A program made the position numbers and the translations under genes. A stretch of 64,000 nt of DNA. It comes from Alphaproteobacteria bacterium MarineAlpha12_Bin1 (GTDB lineage: Bacteria > Pseudomonadota > Alphaproteobacteria > UBA6615). Below, one piece after another: positions 1 to 10,393 of the stretch. The notes under the pieces were generated by a model, which saw only the letters and a list, made by a program, of their open reading frames with translations, made no database searches and was not told where the DNA came from. Position 1 is the stretch's first letter, and every line of letters begins with the position of its first letter. The stretch lies in NCBI GenBank assembly GCA_002937505.1, contig PTJY01000003.1, forward strand, positions 199,898 through 263,897. Reading direction: 5' to 3'.

Positions 1-1520
1 AGTCGGGACTACTCACTCCAACTTTTGGAGGAGCAGCTTCACTCGGATCAGCTTTTAGAATTCCATATTTCTGGGCTATTTCAAGAGATAAAGATTTTAC
101 ATTTGACCCCATAATATACGCATCAAATAATCCTTTGATCACTGGTGAGTACCGTCAATCCTTTGCTAATGGATTGTTACGAACAAGAATTAGCGGAATA
201 TACGATACATTAGACAATAAAAATGACCGGGGACGTGGCCATATAGATGCATCTCTTCGATTTGTGATCAATAAAAATTGGAGATTTGGTAGTAACATAA
301 ATTTATCTTCAGACGACACTTATCTCTCACGATTTGGTTTTCCTGGAAAAAATACATTAACTAGTAATCTATATTTACAGAGATTTGGCCAACGAAGTTT
401 TACTTCAATCGAAAGTATTTATTTTCAGGGTCTAAGAGATACAGATGAACAAAACAAAATTCCCTTGGTTCTTCCAAAAATTGATTTTAAATACGCCAGA
501 AAACCACAAAAAAACGGTGCTTTAACATCCATAGATGCTAATTTTCAGTCACTAGGAAGAGATGAAGGATTGTCTAGCCAACGATTTAGTTTACACACCA
601 GCTGGATGGTCCCATACACCAGTAAATTAGGAACTGTTACCACTTTAGGGGCAACATTACAGTCAGACTTATACAATATTTCTGATATTAAAATTGGTAA
701 TAAAAATAGTGAGAAAGGCTTACATGGCAGATTTTTTCCTCAAGCAATGGCGGAATTAAAATACCCTTGGATAAAAAAAGAAAAGTATGGAACTTTTTTG
801 GTTGAGCCTATAGCAAAATTGTTGGTTGCTCCAAACACTGATAATTCAGATCAAATTCCTAATGAGGATAGCTTAGCCGCAGAATTCGATGAAACAAACA
901 TTTTTAGTAATAATAGGTATCCGGGGAAAGATAGAGTTGAAAGTGGTAGTAGGTTAGCTTATGGGATTAAAGGGGGTTTTTACGGTAAGAACGGCACTAA
1001 TAGCACATTCATTATTGGACAGTCTTATAAATTCAACAAAAACAAACAAACTATTACGGGCTTAAAAACAAACAGGAACAAGTCTGACATTGTTGGCCGA
1101 CTAACTATATCTCCTAACAAATATCTCGATTTATTATACAAAACTAGACTAAAAATGGAAAACCTCAGGCCTAAACGTAATGAGATTTCCGCCATCGCAG
1201 GTATTCCTGAAATACAAGCAAGTATAAATTATATACTTTTTGAAGAAACTGAAGAGTTTCCTAAAAGAGAGGAAATATATGCAGGCCTAACATCTAAGAT
1301 TTCTAAAAGATGGACAGCACATATAAATACTAGACGTGATCTGGGAGCCGATGAGGGTATGCGATCCTGGGGCGCCTCATTAAGATATAATTGCGATTGC
1401 CTTGATTTCTCAATAGATTACAAAAGAACCTACACAAAAGACAGAGATGTTCCTCCAGAGGAAAGCATGTATATACGATTTATATTTAAGTCCCTAGGTG
1501 AATTCGGAACCCCATTATGA
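1..1520 (+). CDS. lptD: LPS-assembly protein LptD (5'-truncated by window edge)
   Basis: Frame 3 is open from position 3 (SGLLTPTFGG...RIPYFWAIS) into the 135..1520 ORF; PNEDS and DRVESG motifs; beta-barrel composition; lies upstream of surA-pdxA-rsmA. Confidence 0.93.
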   Translation, partial: SGLLTPTFGGAASLGSAFRIPYFWAISRDKDFTFDPIIYASNNPLITGEYRQSFANGLLRTRISGIYDTLDNKNDRGRGHIDASLRFVINKNWRFGSNINLSSDDTYLSRFGFPGKNTLTSNLYLQRFGQRSFTSIESIYFQGLRDTDEQNKIPLVLPKIDFKYARKPQKNGALTSIDANFQSLGRDEGLSSQRFSLHTSWMVPYTSKLGTVTTLGATLQSDLYNISDIKIGNKNSEKGLHGRFFPQAMAELKYPWIKKEKYGTFLVEPIAKLLVAPNTDNSDQIPNEDSLAAEFDETNIFSNNRYPGKDRVESGSRLAYGIKGGFYGKNGTNSTFIIGQSYKFNKNKQTITGLKTNRNKSDIVGRLTISPNKYLDLLYKTRLKMENLRPKRNEISAIAGIPEIQASINYILFEETEEFPKREEIYAGLTSKISKRWTAHINTRRDLGADEGMRSWGASLRYNCDCLDFSIDYKRTYTKDRDVPPEESMYIRFIFKSLGEFGTPL

Positions 1521-1608
1521 TTACGACAGTTTTGTTAAAAACATAGATTTGTGACCACTCAAAAGGAAATCGATCAACGATCAGAGCTTAATTTGGAATA
1601 TTCTTACT

Positions 1609-2925
1609 ATGAACAAAAGTTACAATTTACTATTCAAGTCTGCCTTAAATATAAGTACTAGTATATTCCTCGTAAAACTTATTTTTATTATTTGTTTTTT
1701 GGCATCTGGAGTTATTACTACTAGCCTTTTACGTGCTCAGGAAGTGGATCGCATAGCTGCCATTGTTAATGATAAGATTATTTCCACGCATGATCTAAAC
1801 CAAAGAGTAGAGCTATTAATATTTTCAGCAGGACTTAAAAACACTCAGTCTCAAAAGCTGGCATTAGCGCCTCAGGCTCTAAGGGCATTAATAGATGAAC
1901 TACTCCAATCCCAAGAAGCTAGAAGATTAAACATTCGTTTAGCAGCCAAAGACACCTCAGATGCAATTAAACGCATTGAGAAATCTAATAAAATTCCGTA
2001 CGGCCAATTTAAAGATTTAATGGCAAGAAACGGTGTGTCCTATGAAGCGGTTTTATCTAAAATTCAATCTGAGATAATATGGCAAAAATTAGTTCGTCGT
2101 CGACTGCTTCCCTCTGTTGAAATAGGCGAAGAAGAGATAAGCAATGTATATAGAAAAATTATTTCTGATAGTGGACAAATACAATATAGAGTTTCTGAGG
2201 TTCTTTTACCATTTGATGGTGAATCCCAACAAAAGTCCGTTTTAGATTTGGCTAATCGTTTGTCTCACCAAATCCGTTCTGGTAAAAAAATATCTGATAT
2301 AGCTCGTCAATTCTCAAAGAGTGCCAGTGCATCAAAGGGAGGGGACATTGGATGGATTAGAATGGGGGAGTTAGATAATAAAGTTAACACAACTTTAAAC
2401 TCCTTAGCTGTAGGTGACGTCTCAAAGCCAATTTTGACACCTAATGGTTATCTAATTATCCAAGTTAAAGACAAACGCAAACTAGGAAATCTTAAGCCAG
2501 ATGAGATCCTGATTTCACTAAGACAATATATTTTTTTCAACAAGACGAATATTTCGGTAAAGGAATTAAAGAAAAAAAATGAAACCGCAATAAAAACTCT
2601 TAATAATAAGGTTGGCTGTAGAGAATTTTCAAAAGCCGCAGAAAAACTAGGGACCCCTCAAACAGATCTCCCGGTTAGCCTTCGCTTGAATGAGCTCAAT
2701 GAAGACTTACGAAAAGTGGCCAGAACAATTATGTTGGGCAAACCAAGTAGGCCATTGATAAGCACTAAAAAGATACAAATAATAATGGTCTGTGAACGCC
2801 AAACATCAAAACAGCTAACTCGAAATCAAATTCGTGAAACACTACTACGTCAGAAAGTGGACATGTTGTCGCGTAGATACTTAAGAGACTTAAGACGTTC
2901 GGCATTTATCGATCTTAGACTATGA
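1609..2925 (+). CDS. surA: SurA-type peptidyl-prolyl isomerase/chaperone
   Basis: IAAIVND N-terminal domain, parvulin motif ARQFS...SKGGDIGW, C-terminal RYLRDLRRSAFID; synteny with lptD and pdxA. Confidence 0.92.
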   Translation: MNKSYNLLFKSALNISTSIFLVKLIFIICFLASGVITTSLLRAQEVDRIAAIVNDKIISTHDLNQRVELLIFSAGLKNTQSQKLALAPQALRALIDELLQSQEARRLNIRLAAKDTSDAIKRIEKSNKIPYGQFKDLMARNGVSYEAVLSKIQSEIIWQKLVRRRLLPSVEIGEEEISNVYRKIISDSGQIQYRVSEVLLPFDGESQQKSVLDLANRLSHQIRSGKKISDIARQFSKSASASKGGDIGWIRMGELDNKVNTTLNSLAVGDVSKPILTPNGYLIIQVKDKRKLGNLKPDEILISLRQYIFFNKTNISVKELKKKNETAIKTLNNKVGCREFSKAAEKLGTPQTDLPVSLRLNELNEDLRKVARTIMLGKPSRPLISTKKIQIIMVCERQTSKQLTRNQIRETLLRQKVDMLSRRYLRDLRRSAFIDLRL

Positions 2926-3956
2926 ATAATAGCTCCTCACCCTCTACCACCAGCTCAGCATTACCCATCGCTGTAACTATGGGTGAACCTGCGGGAATTG
3001 GAGGAGAAATTGCTTGTCTCGCATGGGCGCAACAAGCCGATAGTATACCTCCTATTTTCTTAATAGATGACCCTGAAAGGATTATTAACCTATCCCAAAT
3101 AATCAAACATAAAATAAAAGTGAAAACAATAAAAAGAGCAGCGCAAGCTCTTGATGTTTGGCCTGAATCTATTCCAATCTTGCCCATTTCACTTAACTCC
3201 CCTGTTACGCCGGGAAAAGTGGACACCTCTAATGCTTCTTGCGTAATATCTTCCCTAGATCTCGCCATTAAATTAGTGGAAAATGGGGAGGCAGCAGCGC
3301 TAATTACTAACCCAATTCAAAAAAGTGCTCTTCGCTCAGCAGGGTTCAGAGAGCCAGGACACACAGAGTACTTAGCAAAGGCTACGAACGCGAGAAATAA
3401 ACCGGTTATGATGCTATCAGGCCCTGAGTTGCGCGTAGTCCCTGTAACTATTCATATGCCTTTGATAGAAGCAGCGAGAAGTTTGAATACTGACGATATC
3501 ATTCACTGCTCAGTTGTGACAGCAGTAGCTCTAAAACAATATTTTAATATTGCGGATCCAAGATTAACGATAGCTGGGTTGAACCCACACGCCGGCGAAA
3601 ATGGCCTCTTCGGTGATCAAGAATTAAAATTAATTACACCTGCAATAGATAAAATAAGAGAGAAAGGAATAAGGGTTCATGGCCCCAGCCCAGCTGATAC
3701 AATATTTCACTCTGAGGCACGTAAAAATTATGACGCTGTAATATGTATGTACCATGACCAAGCATTAATTCCATTGAAGATGCTAGACTTTTATAAATCA
3801 GTTAACATTACATTGGGACTCTCAATTATACGCACATCACCAGATCATGGAACCGCTTTAGACATAGCTGGCAAAGGTATAGCTGACCCAAGAAGCTTTA
3901 TTGAAGCGGTACACGTTGCTTCAACTATGGCGTTAAGTGATAATATATTTAACTAA
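2922..3956 (+). CDS. pdxA: 4-hydroxythreonine-4-phosphate dehydrogenase
   Basis: TMGEPAGIGGE, GHTEYL, GLNPHAGE, MYHDQ, RTSPDHGTA motifs. Confidence 0.97.
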   Translation: MNNSSSPSTTSSALPIAVTMGEPAGIGGEIACLAWAQQADSIPPIFLIDDPERIINLSQIIKHKIKVKTIKRAAQALDVWPESIPILPISLNSPVTPGKVDTSNASCVISSLDLAIKLVENGEAAALITNPIQKSALRSAGFREPGHTEYLAKATNARNKPVMMLSGPELRVVPVTIHMPLIEAARSLNTDDIIHCSVVTAVALKQYFNIADPRLTIAGLNPHAGENGLFGDQELKLITPAIDKIREKGIRVHGPSPADTIFHSEARKNYDAVICMYHDQALIPLKMLDFYKSVNITLGLSIIRTSPDHGTALDIAGKGIADPRSFIEAVHVASTMALSDNIFN

Positions 3957-3983
3957 TTTTAAATAAACTAATATCTATATCTA

Positions 3984-4814
3984 ATGGAAACTTTCAACCT
4001 ACCACCCCTACGAGAGGTTATAGACCAATATGACATCCGAGCTCATAAGTCTATGGGTCAGCATTTTCTGTTAGACGTAAACTTAACACGACGTATCGTT
4101 TCTGCCGCCGGTGACTTAACAAAAGAACATGTTATTGAGGTTGGTGCTGGCCCTGGCGGGTTAACTCGCTCACTGATAGAAAGTAACGCAGAAAGCATAA
4201 TAGCGATAGAACGTGACAAAAGGTGCATCATGGCTTTACAGGAACTATCCGAATTATCGTCAGGTCGTCTTAAAATTATCCAAGCGGATGCGCTAACTAC
4301 TGATCTAGCAAAAATACAACCAAAACCTAGCAGAATAGTATCTAACCTACCTTATAATATTGGAACAGAATTATTAATAAAATGGCTAAAACAGGCCGAT
4401 CAGTATACTGGTTTTACTTTGATGTTCCAAAGGGAAGTAGCTGAAAGAATAATAGCAAAACCCGGAAGTAAATCGTATGGAAGGTTATCTGTAATTTCTC
4501 AATGGCTTACCAAAGCTAAGTTGGCTTTTCATATCCCATCAACTGCTTTTGTCCCCAAGCCTAAAGTTATGTCTTCCGTGGTTAATATGGACGTAAGGCA
4601 AGAACCAATCCATCCAGCAAACCAACAATATTTAGAAATGATTACTCGGCTAGCGTTCGGGCAGCGTAGAAAAATGCTACGCAGATCTCTGGAATCAGTT
4701 GGCGGAAGTGAATTATTGGCTAAAGCAGGTATTAAAGAAACCTCCAGAGCGGAGGATCTTAAAGTTTCAGACTACTGCAGATTAGCAAACCTCGTTGAGT
4801 CTGATTCTGATTAA
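3984..4814 (+). CDS. rsmA: 16S rRNA m6,2A dimethyltransferase
   Basis: GQHFL, EVGAGPGGLT, NLPYN, FQREVAER, QRRKML motifs. Confidence 0.97.
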   Translation: METFNLPPLREVIDQYDIRAHKSMGQHFLLDVNLTRRIVSAAGDLTKEHVIEVGAGPGGLTRSLIESNAESIIAIERDKRCIMALQELSELSSGRLKIIQADALTTDLAKIQPKPSRIVSNLPYNIGTELLIKWLKQADQYTGFTLMFQREVAERIIAKPGSKSYGRLSVISQWLTKAKLAFHIPSTAFVPKPKVMSSVVNMDVRQEPIHPANQQYLEMITRLAFGQRRKMLRRSLESVGGSELLAKAGIKETSRAEDLKVSDYCRLANLVESDSD

Positions 4815-4826
4815 CACACCTCAATA

Positions 4827-5450
4827 TTAGTGTCCTTGTCTCAGCCGAGTAACAAAATCTGATATACCTAAAAGCCTGGGCCGTTTCATCCTTTCAGCAT
4901 TTAGTATATTTTGTACCTTTCGTACACTTTCTTCAAATGAGATGTTGATAATTACATAATCGTACTCACTCCAATGCGTCATTTCATTCTCAGCACGAGC
5001 CATCCTCTCGGCGATCACTACCTCACTATCTTGTGCTCGGCTGTGTAATCGCCTGTCAAGCTCAGCCGTTGATGGAGGGAGTATAAAAATACTAACGAGA
5101 TCTCCTCGTGCTTTCTCTGCAAGCTGCTGTGTTCCCTGCCAATCAATATCGAATAGAACATCATGTCCACTCGCCAAAGTTTTCTCAACCGGTTTACGAG
5201 GGCTCCCATAATAATGATCAAATACTTTTGCATGTTCCAATAATTCCTGGCGATTTACCATTAAATCAAAAGTCGTTTTGTCAACAAATATGTAATCTTC
5301 TCCGTCGACTTCTCCAGGCCTTCTAGGTCTAGTGGTCGCAGAAATCGAGAGTGATATATTTCTATCCCGCTCAAGTAGTTCACGTGAGATAGAAGTTTTT
5401 CCTGCTCCGGAAGGTGAAGAAAGTATCAACATCAACCCCCGCCTAGTCAT
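4827..5450 (-). CDS. gmk: Guanylate kinase
   Basis: SSPSGAGKT P-loop, SATTRPRRPGE, DIDWQG; start placed at MTRRG (5450), alternative 5483. Confidence 0.96.
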   Translation of the reverse strand: MTRRGLMLILSSPSGAGKTSISRELLERDRNISLSISATTRPRRPGEVDGEDYIFVDKTTFDLMVNRQELLEHAKVFDHYYGSPRKPVEKTLASGHDVLFDIDWQGTQQLAEKARGDLVSIFILPPSTAELDRRLHSRAQDSEVVIAERMARAENEMTHWSEYDYVIINISFEESVRKVQNILNAERMKRPRLLGISDFVTRLRQGH

Positions 5451-5543
5451 TTCTGTCCATTCCTGATCAGCATTGATTTTCATAATAATTATTCTACATT
5501 TTCTATCTGTTAGAGCAAATATCCTAAAATCCACTATTTTGTA

Positions 5544-6593
5544 CTAATCTTGCATTCTTTTTATTCTTCGCCACCGTTTAACATTCAAATTGTGATTATC
5601 AAGATCGCGAGCAAATAGGTGACCACCTCCGCCATCAGCAACGAAATATAATTCATCAGTTTGGAAAGGGTTTAAAACTGCTATTAAACTTGCACGCCCT
5701 GGATTGGAAATCGGCCCCCACGGCAGACCATAATTCGTATAAGTATTATATGGACTTTTAGTTTTAAGGTCAGATTTTGTCAGTGGTCGATTGATTATCC
5801 CCCGACCTCCCGAAATTCCATAAATAACAGTAGGGTCCGATTGTAATTTCATGCCAAGTTTTAGACGATTCAAAAAAACCCCTGCAATTCTTGCTCTTTC
5901 ATCCTTTCTACTAGTCTCTCTTTCTACTATGGAAGCTAAAATCACTACCTCATTAGGAGACAAAATTTGACTTTTACTATGCAGATGATCGTTCCACAAA
6001 CCCTGTAAAAGCTCTGTCATCGAATTTTGCATTCTTTCTAAAATCTGGCTCTTACTGTCCCGACTAGTATACAAATAAGTTTCAGGTAGAAGTGACCCTT
6101 CTGAAAACTTACTTAGAGACGGTAGATCTCCTTTTAAAGTTTTTGTCTTTTTTAAAAGGTCATATATTTGCTTAACTGTTAAACCTTCAGGTACCGTAAT
6201 TTTTCTTACTACAACTTTACCTGACTGAAGAAGCGACATTACGTCTTTATTAGCCATTCCGGGTAATATTTCATACTCCCCGGACAACAAAGGTTTTGAC
6301 TGACCAAACAAACGAACCCCCCAATAAAATACTAACGAATTATCAACAACACCCTGATCATGTAGAAATGAGCCTATTGATTTTACGGAATACCCGTGTG
6401 GTATAATTACAATTTTTGATTCTGATAATCTGCCAGGAGCAGAGAACTCACCCTTAAGAAAATAGTAACTTCCAAAACCCATAGTAAAAACTAAAAACAC
6501 TAAACACGAAAAAGTTATTAACGTGATTCTGAAGATCTTACGTTGAAAGAAATTAGTTTTAATTATTTTTGATATTTCAAAGCGATTGTTCAT
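5544..6593 (-). CDS. mltG: Endolytic transglycosylase MltG
   Basis: N-terminal TM helix, ASIVERET, NRL..GMKLQSDPT, SPYNTY, GPISNPG. Confidence 0.96.
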   Translation of the reverse strand: MNNRFEISKIIKTNFFQRKIFRITLITFSCLVFLVFTMGFGSYYFLKGEFSAPGRLSESKIVIIPHGYSVKSIGSFLHDQGVVDNSLVFYWGVRLFGQSKPLLSGEYEILPGMANKDVMSLLQSGKVVVRKITVPEGLTVKQIYDLLKKTKTLKGDLPSLSKFSEGSLLPETYLYTSRDSKSQILERMQNSMTELLQGLWNDHLHSKSQILSPNEVVILASIVERETSRKDERARIAGVFLNRLKLGMKLQSDPTVIYGISGGRGIINRPLTKSDLKTKSPYNTYTNYGLPWGPISNPGRASLIAVLNPFQTDELYFVADGGGGHLFARDLDNHNLNVKRWRRIKRMQD

Positions 6594-6626
6594 AGTAGAA
6601 CAATGATAAACGCTATACGATTAGCG

Positions 6627-7886
6627 CTAAATCTCCGAGAATATCAAAGTTGCATTTGTTCCTCCAAAACCAAACGAGTTACTCAATGCTCGTCGCACCT
6701 TACGCTCCTGTGCTGTGTGTGGCACCAAATTTATATCACAGCTTTCCGATGGATCATCTAAATTCAAGGTAGGAGGAATAACATTATTTTTAATAGATAA
6801 AATTGAGTAAATTGCTTCTACGCTGCCTGCAGCACCAAGCAAATGGCCTATCGCTGATTTTGTTGATGACATAGCCAATTTATAAGCGTGATCTTCAAAT
6901 AGACTTTTTACAGCTCCCAACTCTATCTCATCACCAAGCGGAGTGGAGGTGCCATGAGCGTTGATGTAATCAATATCTTCTGGGTTTAACATGGCCCTCT
7001 TCAAAGCTGCTTGCATTGAGCGATATCCGCCATTCCCATCCTCAGCTGGCGCAGTTATATGATAAGCATCACCAGACATTCCGTAACCAACTATTTCTGC
7101 ATAGATATTGGCATCTCTTTTCTTTGCGTGCTCATACTCTTCTAGAACTATAATACCTGCCCCCTCACCCATAACAAAGCCATCGCGCCCTTTATCATAA
7201 GGGCGAGAAGCCTTTTCAGGGGTTTCATTATAACTGGTAGATAATGCCCTCGCGGCAGAAAAACCAGCAAGTCCAATTCTACATATCGCTGCTTCTGCTC
7301 CGCCTGCAATCATCACATCGGCATCGTCAAGCATTATCATTCTAGATGCATCACCAATGGCGTGTGCCCCAGTGGAGCAAGCAGTTACTACCGAGTGATT
7401 AGGTCCTTTGAACCCATATCGAATAGATAGATACCCTGAGGCAAGGTTGATTAACGCTGAAGGAATAAAAAAAGGACCAACCTTTCTCGGTCCTTTTTCA
7501 TTAATTAGAGTGGAACCTTCGTAAATTGTTTGTAATCCACCTATGCCAGATCCAATCATCACCCCGGTACGTTCTTGCTCTATATCCCGTTCTGGCTTCC
7601 AACCAGAATCTTCGACTGCTTGAATCGCCGCTCCCATGGAGTAAATGATAAATTCGTCCACTCTACGTTGTTCTCTGGGAGACATATAGTCATCAGCATT
7701 AAATCTGCCCTCTATATTTTCACCTTTTGGCACCTGTCCAGCAATCTTGGAAGGCAAATCAGACACATCAAAAGACTCGATTGAGCCAATTCCAGAATTG
7801 CCCGCAGTTATCCTGTCCCAGTTTATTTTAGCCCCTACACCTAGAGGTGTTACAAGACCCAACCCAGTTATTACTACACGCCTCAT
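6627..7886 (-). CDS. fabF: 3-oxoacyl-ACP synthase II
   Basis: TACSTG catalytic Cys, NAHGTST, GHLLGAAG, SNSFGFGG. Confidence 0.98.
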   Translation of the reverse strand: MRRVVITGLGLVTPLGVGAKINWDRITAGNSGIGSIESFDVSDLPSKIAGQVPKGENIEGRFNADDYMSPREQRRVDEFIIYSMGAAIQAVEDSGWKPERDIEQERTGVMIGSGIGGLQTIYEGSTLINEKGPRKVGPFFIPSALINLASGYLSIRYGFKGPNHSVVTACSTGAHAIGDASRMIMLDDADVMIAGGAEAAICRIGLAGFSAARALSTSYNETPEKASRPYDKGRDGFVMGEGAGIIVLEEYEHAKKRDANIYAEIVGYGMSGDAYHITAPAEDGNGGYRSMQAALKRAMLNPEDIDYINAHGTSTPLGDEIELGAVKSLFEDHAYKLAMSSTKSAIGHLLGAAGSVEAIYSILSIKNNVIPPTLNLDDPSESCDINLVPHTAQERKVRRALSNSFGFGGTNATLIFSEI

Positions 7887-7927
7887 TGGGAATCCAATGC
7901 GTTCATATTTAACCTTAGTATGAAACC

Positions 7928-7947
7928 TGCCGCTTTAAAAAGCGGCA
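7928..7947 (-). terminator. Stem-loop between acpP and fabF (weak terminator or mRNA-stabilising hairpin)
   Basis: TGCCGCTTT-AA-AAAGCGGCA perfect inverted repeat 4 nt past the acpP stop; only a short U tail on the minus strand. Confidence 0.6.
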
Positions 7948-7951
7948 AGAG

Positions 7952-8185
7952 TCAGCTAGCTTCTTCCAAAAATTTGACTGCGTCACCAACAGTCAGTATT
8001 TTCTCAGCTGCATCGTCTGGTATTTCGCAGCCAAACTCTTCTTCGAAAGCCATTACTAGCTCGACCGTGTCCAGGCTATCCGCCCCTAGATCGTCAATGA
8101 AGCTTGAGTTCTCCATTATCTTGGAATCATCCACACCTAAATGTTCAACAACTATCTTCTGCACACGTTCGGCGATATCGCTCAT
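7952..8185 (-). CDS. acpP: Acyl carrier protein
   Basis: [20 protein letters not shown] phosphopantetheine site. Confidence 0.99.
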   Translation of the reverse strand: MSDIAERVQKIVVEHLGVDDSKIMENSSFIDDLGADSLDTVELVMAFEEEFGCEIPDDAAEKILTVGDAVKFLEEAS

Positions 8186-8284
8186 GTTTCGCTTGCCCTT
8201 ATTTTTTTAATTTATTAACAAATAGTAAATTAAACCTGATTCTTGAACCTTTAATATGCTGGTTCAACCATTTTTAAAAAATGC

Positions 8285-8313
8285 GACTTAACCGTGTTCT
8301 GATGTCTCGTCAA
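8285..8313 (-). promoter_or_regulatory. Candidate sigma70 promoter for acpP
   Basis: Minus strand TTGACG-N17-TAAGTC in the fabG-acpP gap; fits the alphaproteobacterial TTGAC-N17-TA pattern. Confidence 0.4.
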
Positions 8314-8347
8314 GCCGATTAAGCTTTATTTCTATATTTTAAAATAT

Positions 8348-9085
8348 TTAAATCATAGCCATTCCCCCATTAACGTGTATCGTTTGACCAGTGACATAGC
8401 TTGATTCTTCACTTGCAAGAAATAAAACACAAGCACTCACATCCTCTGGAGTGCCTAAACAAGCTGCTGGAATGCGGGATAATATTTCTGCCTTCTGATT
8501 ATCATTAAGGGCATCTGTCATGGCGGTGTCTATAAAACCAGGAGAGACACAGTTTACTGTTATCCCTCTACTAGCTACTTCCTGAGCCAATGCTTTTGTC
8601 ATTCCTGTCAAGCCGGACTTAGAAGACGCATAATTGATCTGACCTGGGTTTCCTATTGAACCAACAACAGAGGTAACATTAATAATTCTTCCCCATCTAT
8701 TCTTCATCATAAGTCTCAACACGGATTTACTTAAACGAAATGCAGCTGAAAGGTTTACATCTAACACCAACTGCCAATCCTCGTCGCTCATTCTCATTGC
8801 CAAATTATCACGCGTTAAACCAGCATTATTTATCAAAACATCAATCACGCCCACCTGATCTTGAGCAGTTTTTGCCAAGTCGTTTGCAGCTTCTTTATCA
8901 GATAAATTTGCCGCAATAACTATAGCTCTCTCCCCTAACTCCTCAGACAAGCTATTCAACCGCTCTATTTGAGTTCCACTTAAAATAACATTAGCACCTC
9001 TATTATGTAACAGACGAGCAATAGCGGCTCCTATTCCTCCACTAGCACCAGTTATCAATGCGTTTTTACCGTTCAAATCAAACAT
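8348..9085 (-). CDS. fabG: 3-oxoacyl-ACP reductase
   Basis: TGASGGIG, NNAGLTRD, NPGQINYASSK, VNGGMAM; fab cluster context. Confidence 0.97.
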   Translation of the reverse strand: MFDLNGKNALITGASGGIGAAIARLLHNRGANVILSGTQIERLNSLSEELGERAIVIAANLSDKEAANDLAKTAQDQVGVIDVLINNAGLTRDNLAMRMSDEDWQLVLDVNLSAAFRLSKSVLRLMMKNRWGRIINVTSVVGSIGNPGQINYASSKSGLTGMTKALAQEVASRGITVNCVSPGFIDTAMTDALNDNQKAEILSRIPAACLGTPEDVSACVLFLASEESSYVTGQTIHVNGGMAMI

Positions 9086-9120
9086 TATTTATTCCCACAG
9101 CATGTTTATCAGATTCTTTC

Positions 9121-10062
9121 CTATATAGTAGATATAAAATTCTCTACCTCAGCTGGTGTAGAGATTGTGTTAGTTAAAAGGTTTTTATCTATACGGCGAG
9201 CTAGACCAGCTAAAACTTTACCTGCTCCCACTTCGCAAATATCTGTCACACCCAAATCACTCATAGTTAATATGGTTTCTCGCCATTTAACTCGGTGGGT
9301 AACTTGCTTAATTAGCTGGTCCCTAATTTCCTCTGGATCATCACTAGGTTTAGCAGTCACATTTGCTATTATTGGAGGGATGGGCCCTTTAATCATGATT
9401 GATGAAAGCTCTATTTTCATTTTCTCGGCTGCAGGCCTCATAAGAGAACAGTGAAATGGAGCGCTAACAGGTAGCATAATACCACGCCTAGCGCCTTCAC
9501 TTTTTGCTAATTTTATCGCTCTCTCAACCGCCTCATAATCACCACTAACAACTATTTGTCCCTCTGAATTATCGTTAGCGACATCACATGTCATATTCTC
9601 AGCTGCTTGACTTGCAATTTCCTCAACGGATTCGAGATCAAGGCCCAATATAGCTGCCATTGCCCCTTTACCAACGGGCACTGCTTTCTGCATATACAGC
9701 CCACGAGCTTTTAAAAGTTTTGAAGAATCTGCCAAAGCTAGAGATCCTGCAGCAGTTAATGCCGAATACTCCCCCAGACTATGTCCGGCTACAAATCTAA
9801 CTTTTTCGGAAACCACTATACCAACCTCTTCTTCAAGAACTCTTATTACTGCCATCGAAACAGCCATCAAAGCAGGTTGAGCATTACTGGTTAATATTAA
9901 TTCCTCATCAGGGCCATTAAAGATAATATTGCTTAAATTTTGATTGAGTGAATCGTCAACTTCTTCAAAGACTTGCTTTGCCGCAGGAAAAGCAGTCGCT
10001 AATTCTTTCCCCATCCCGACTTCTTGGCTACCTTGTCCGGGAAAAACAAACGCTCGAGACAT
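9121..10062 (-). CDS. fabD: Malonyl-CoA:ACP transacylase
   Basis: FPGQGSQ, GHSLGEY, VSAPFH. Confidence 0.98.
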   Translation of the reverse strand: MSRAFVFPGQGSQEVGMGKELATAFPAAKQVFEEVDDSLNQNLSNIIFNGPDEELILTSNAQPALMAVSMAVIRVLEEEVGIVVSEKVRFVAGHSLGEYSALTAAGSLALADSSKLLKARGLYMQKAVPVGKGAMAAILGLDLESVEEIASQAAENMTCDVANDNSEGQIVVSGDYEAVERAIKLAKSEGARRGIMLPVSAPFHCSLMRPAAEKMKIELSSIMIKGPIPPIIANVTAKPSDDPEEIRDQLIKQVTHRVKWRETILTMSDLGVTDICEVGAGKVLAGLARRIDKNLLTNTISTPAEVENFISTI

Positions 10063-10285
10063 ATATTACTCCTTTAGAACAATCCTTGCACAAAATCGTT
10101 CTGGTTGTTATGCAAAGTAGTCATACAGACCGTGAACGTCGCTAGCAAGTTTAGAAAGAATCTGTCCACTAATTAGAAATTATATTGTTAGACTATAATA
10201 AAAAAGTTGAAAACGTCTTGCTTAGATCATTTGGTTGTGTTCTATAGCCCGCTACAAAGCCAGAATTTGCTATTTTGGTTATATT

Positions 10286-10393
10286 AACTCCTTGCTGACA
10301 TACGTGATTTCGAGTGTCAGCTATGTTCATGCAGCCGCGGGCCAGTAATGGATCGAACGGCGGTGGACAAATAATATCCGTGAGGAGCATTTT
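10286..10393 (+). promoter_or_regulatory. Putative rpsF leader RNA (S6:S18 autoregulatory element)
   Basis: CTCCT (10288-10292) complements the SD AGGAG (10383-10387); internal hairpin GCTGACA (10294-10300)/TGTCAGC (10315-10321); directly upstream of rpsF. Confidence 0.6.

Noticed and set aside
135-1520. TTG at 135 as the lptD start
   Set aside because: The frame is open and LptD-like back to the window edge, so the true start is upstream.
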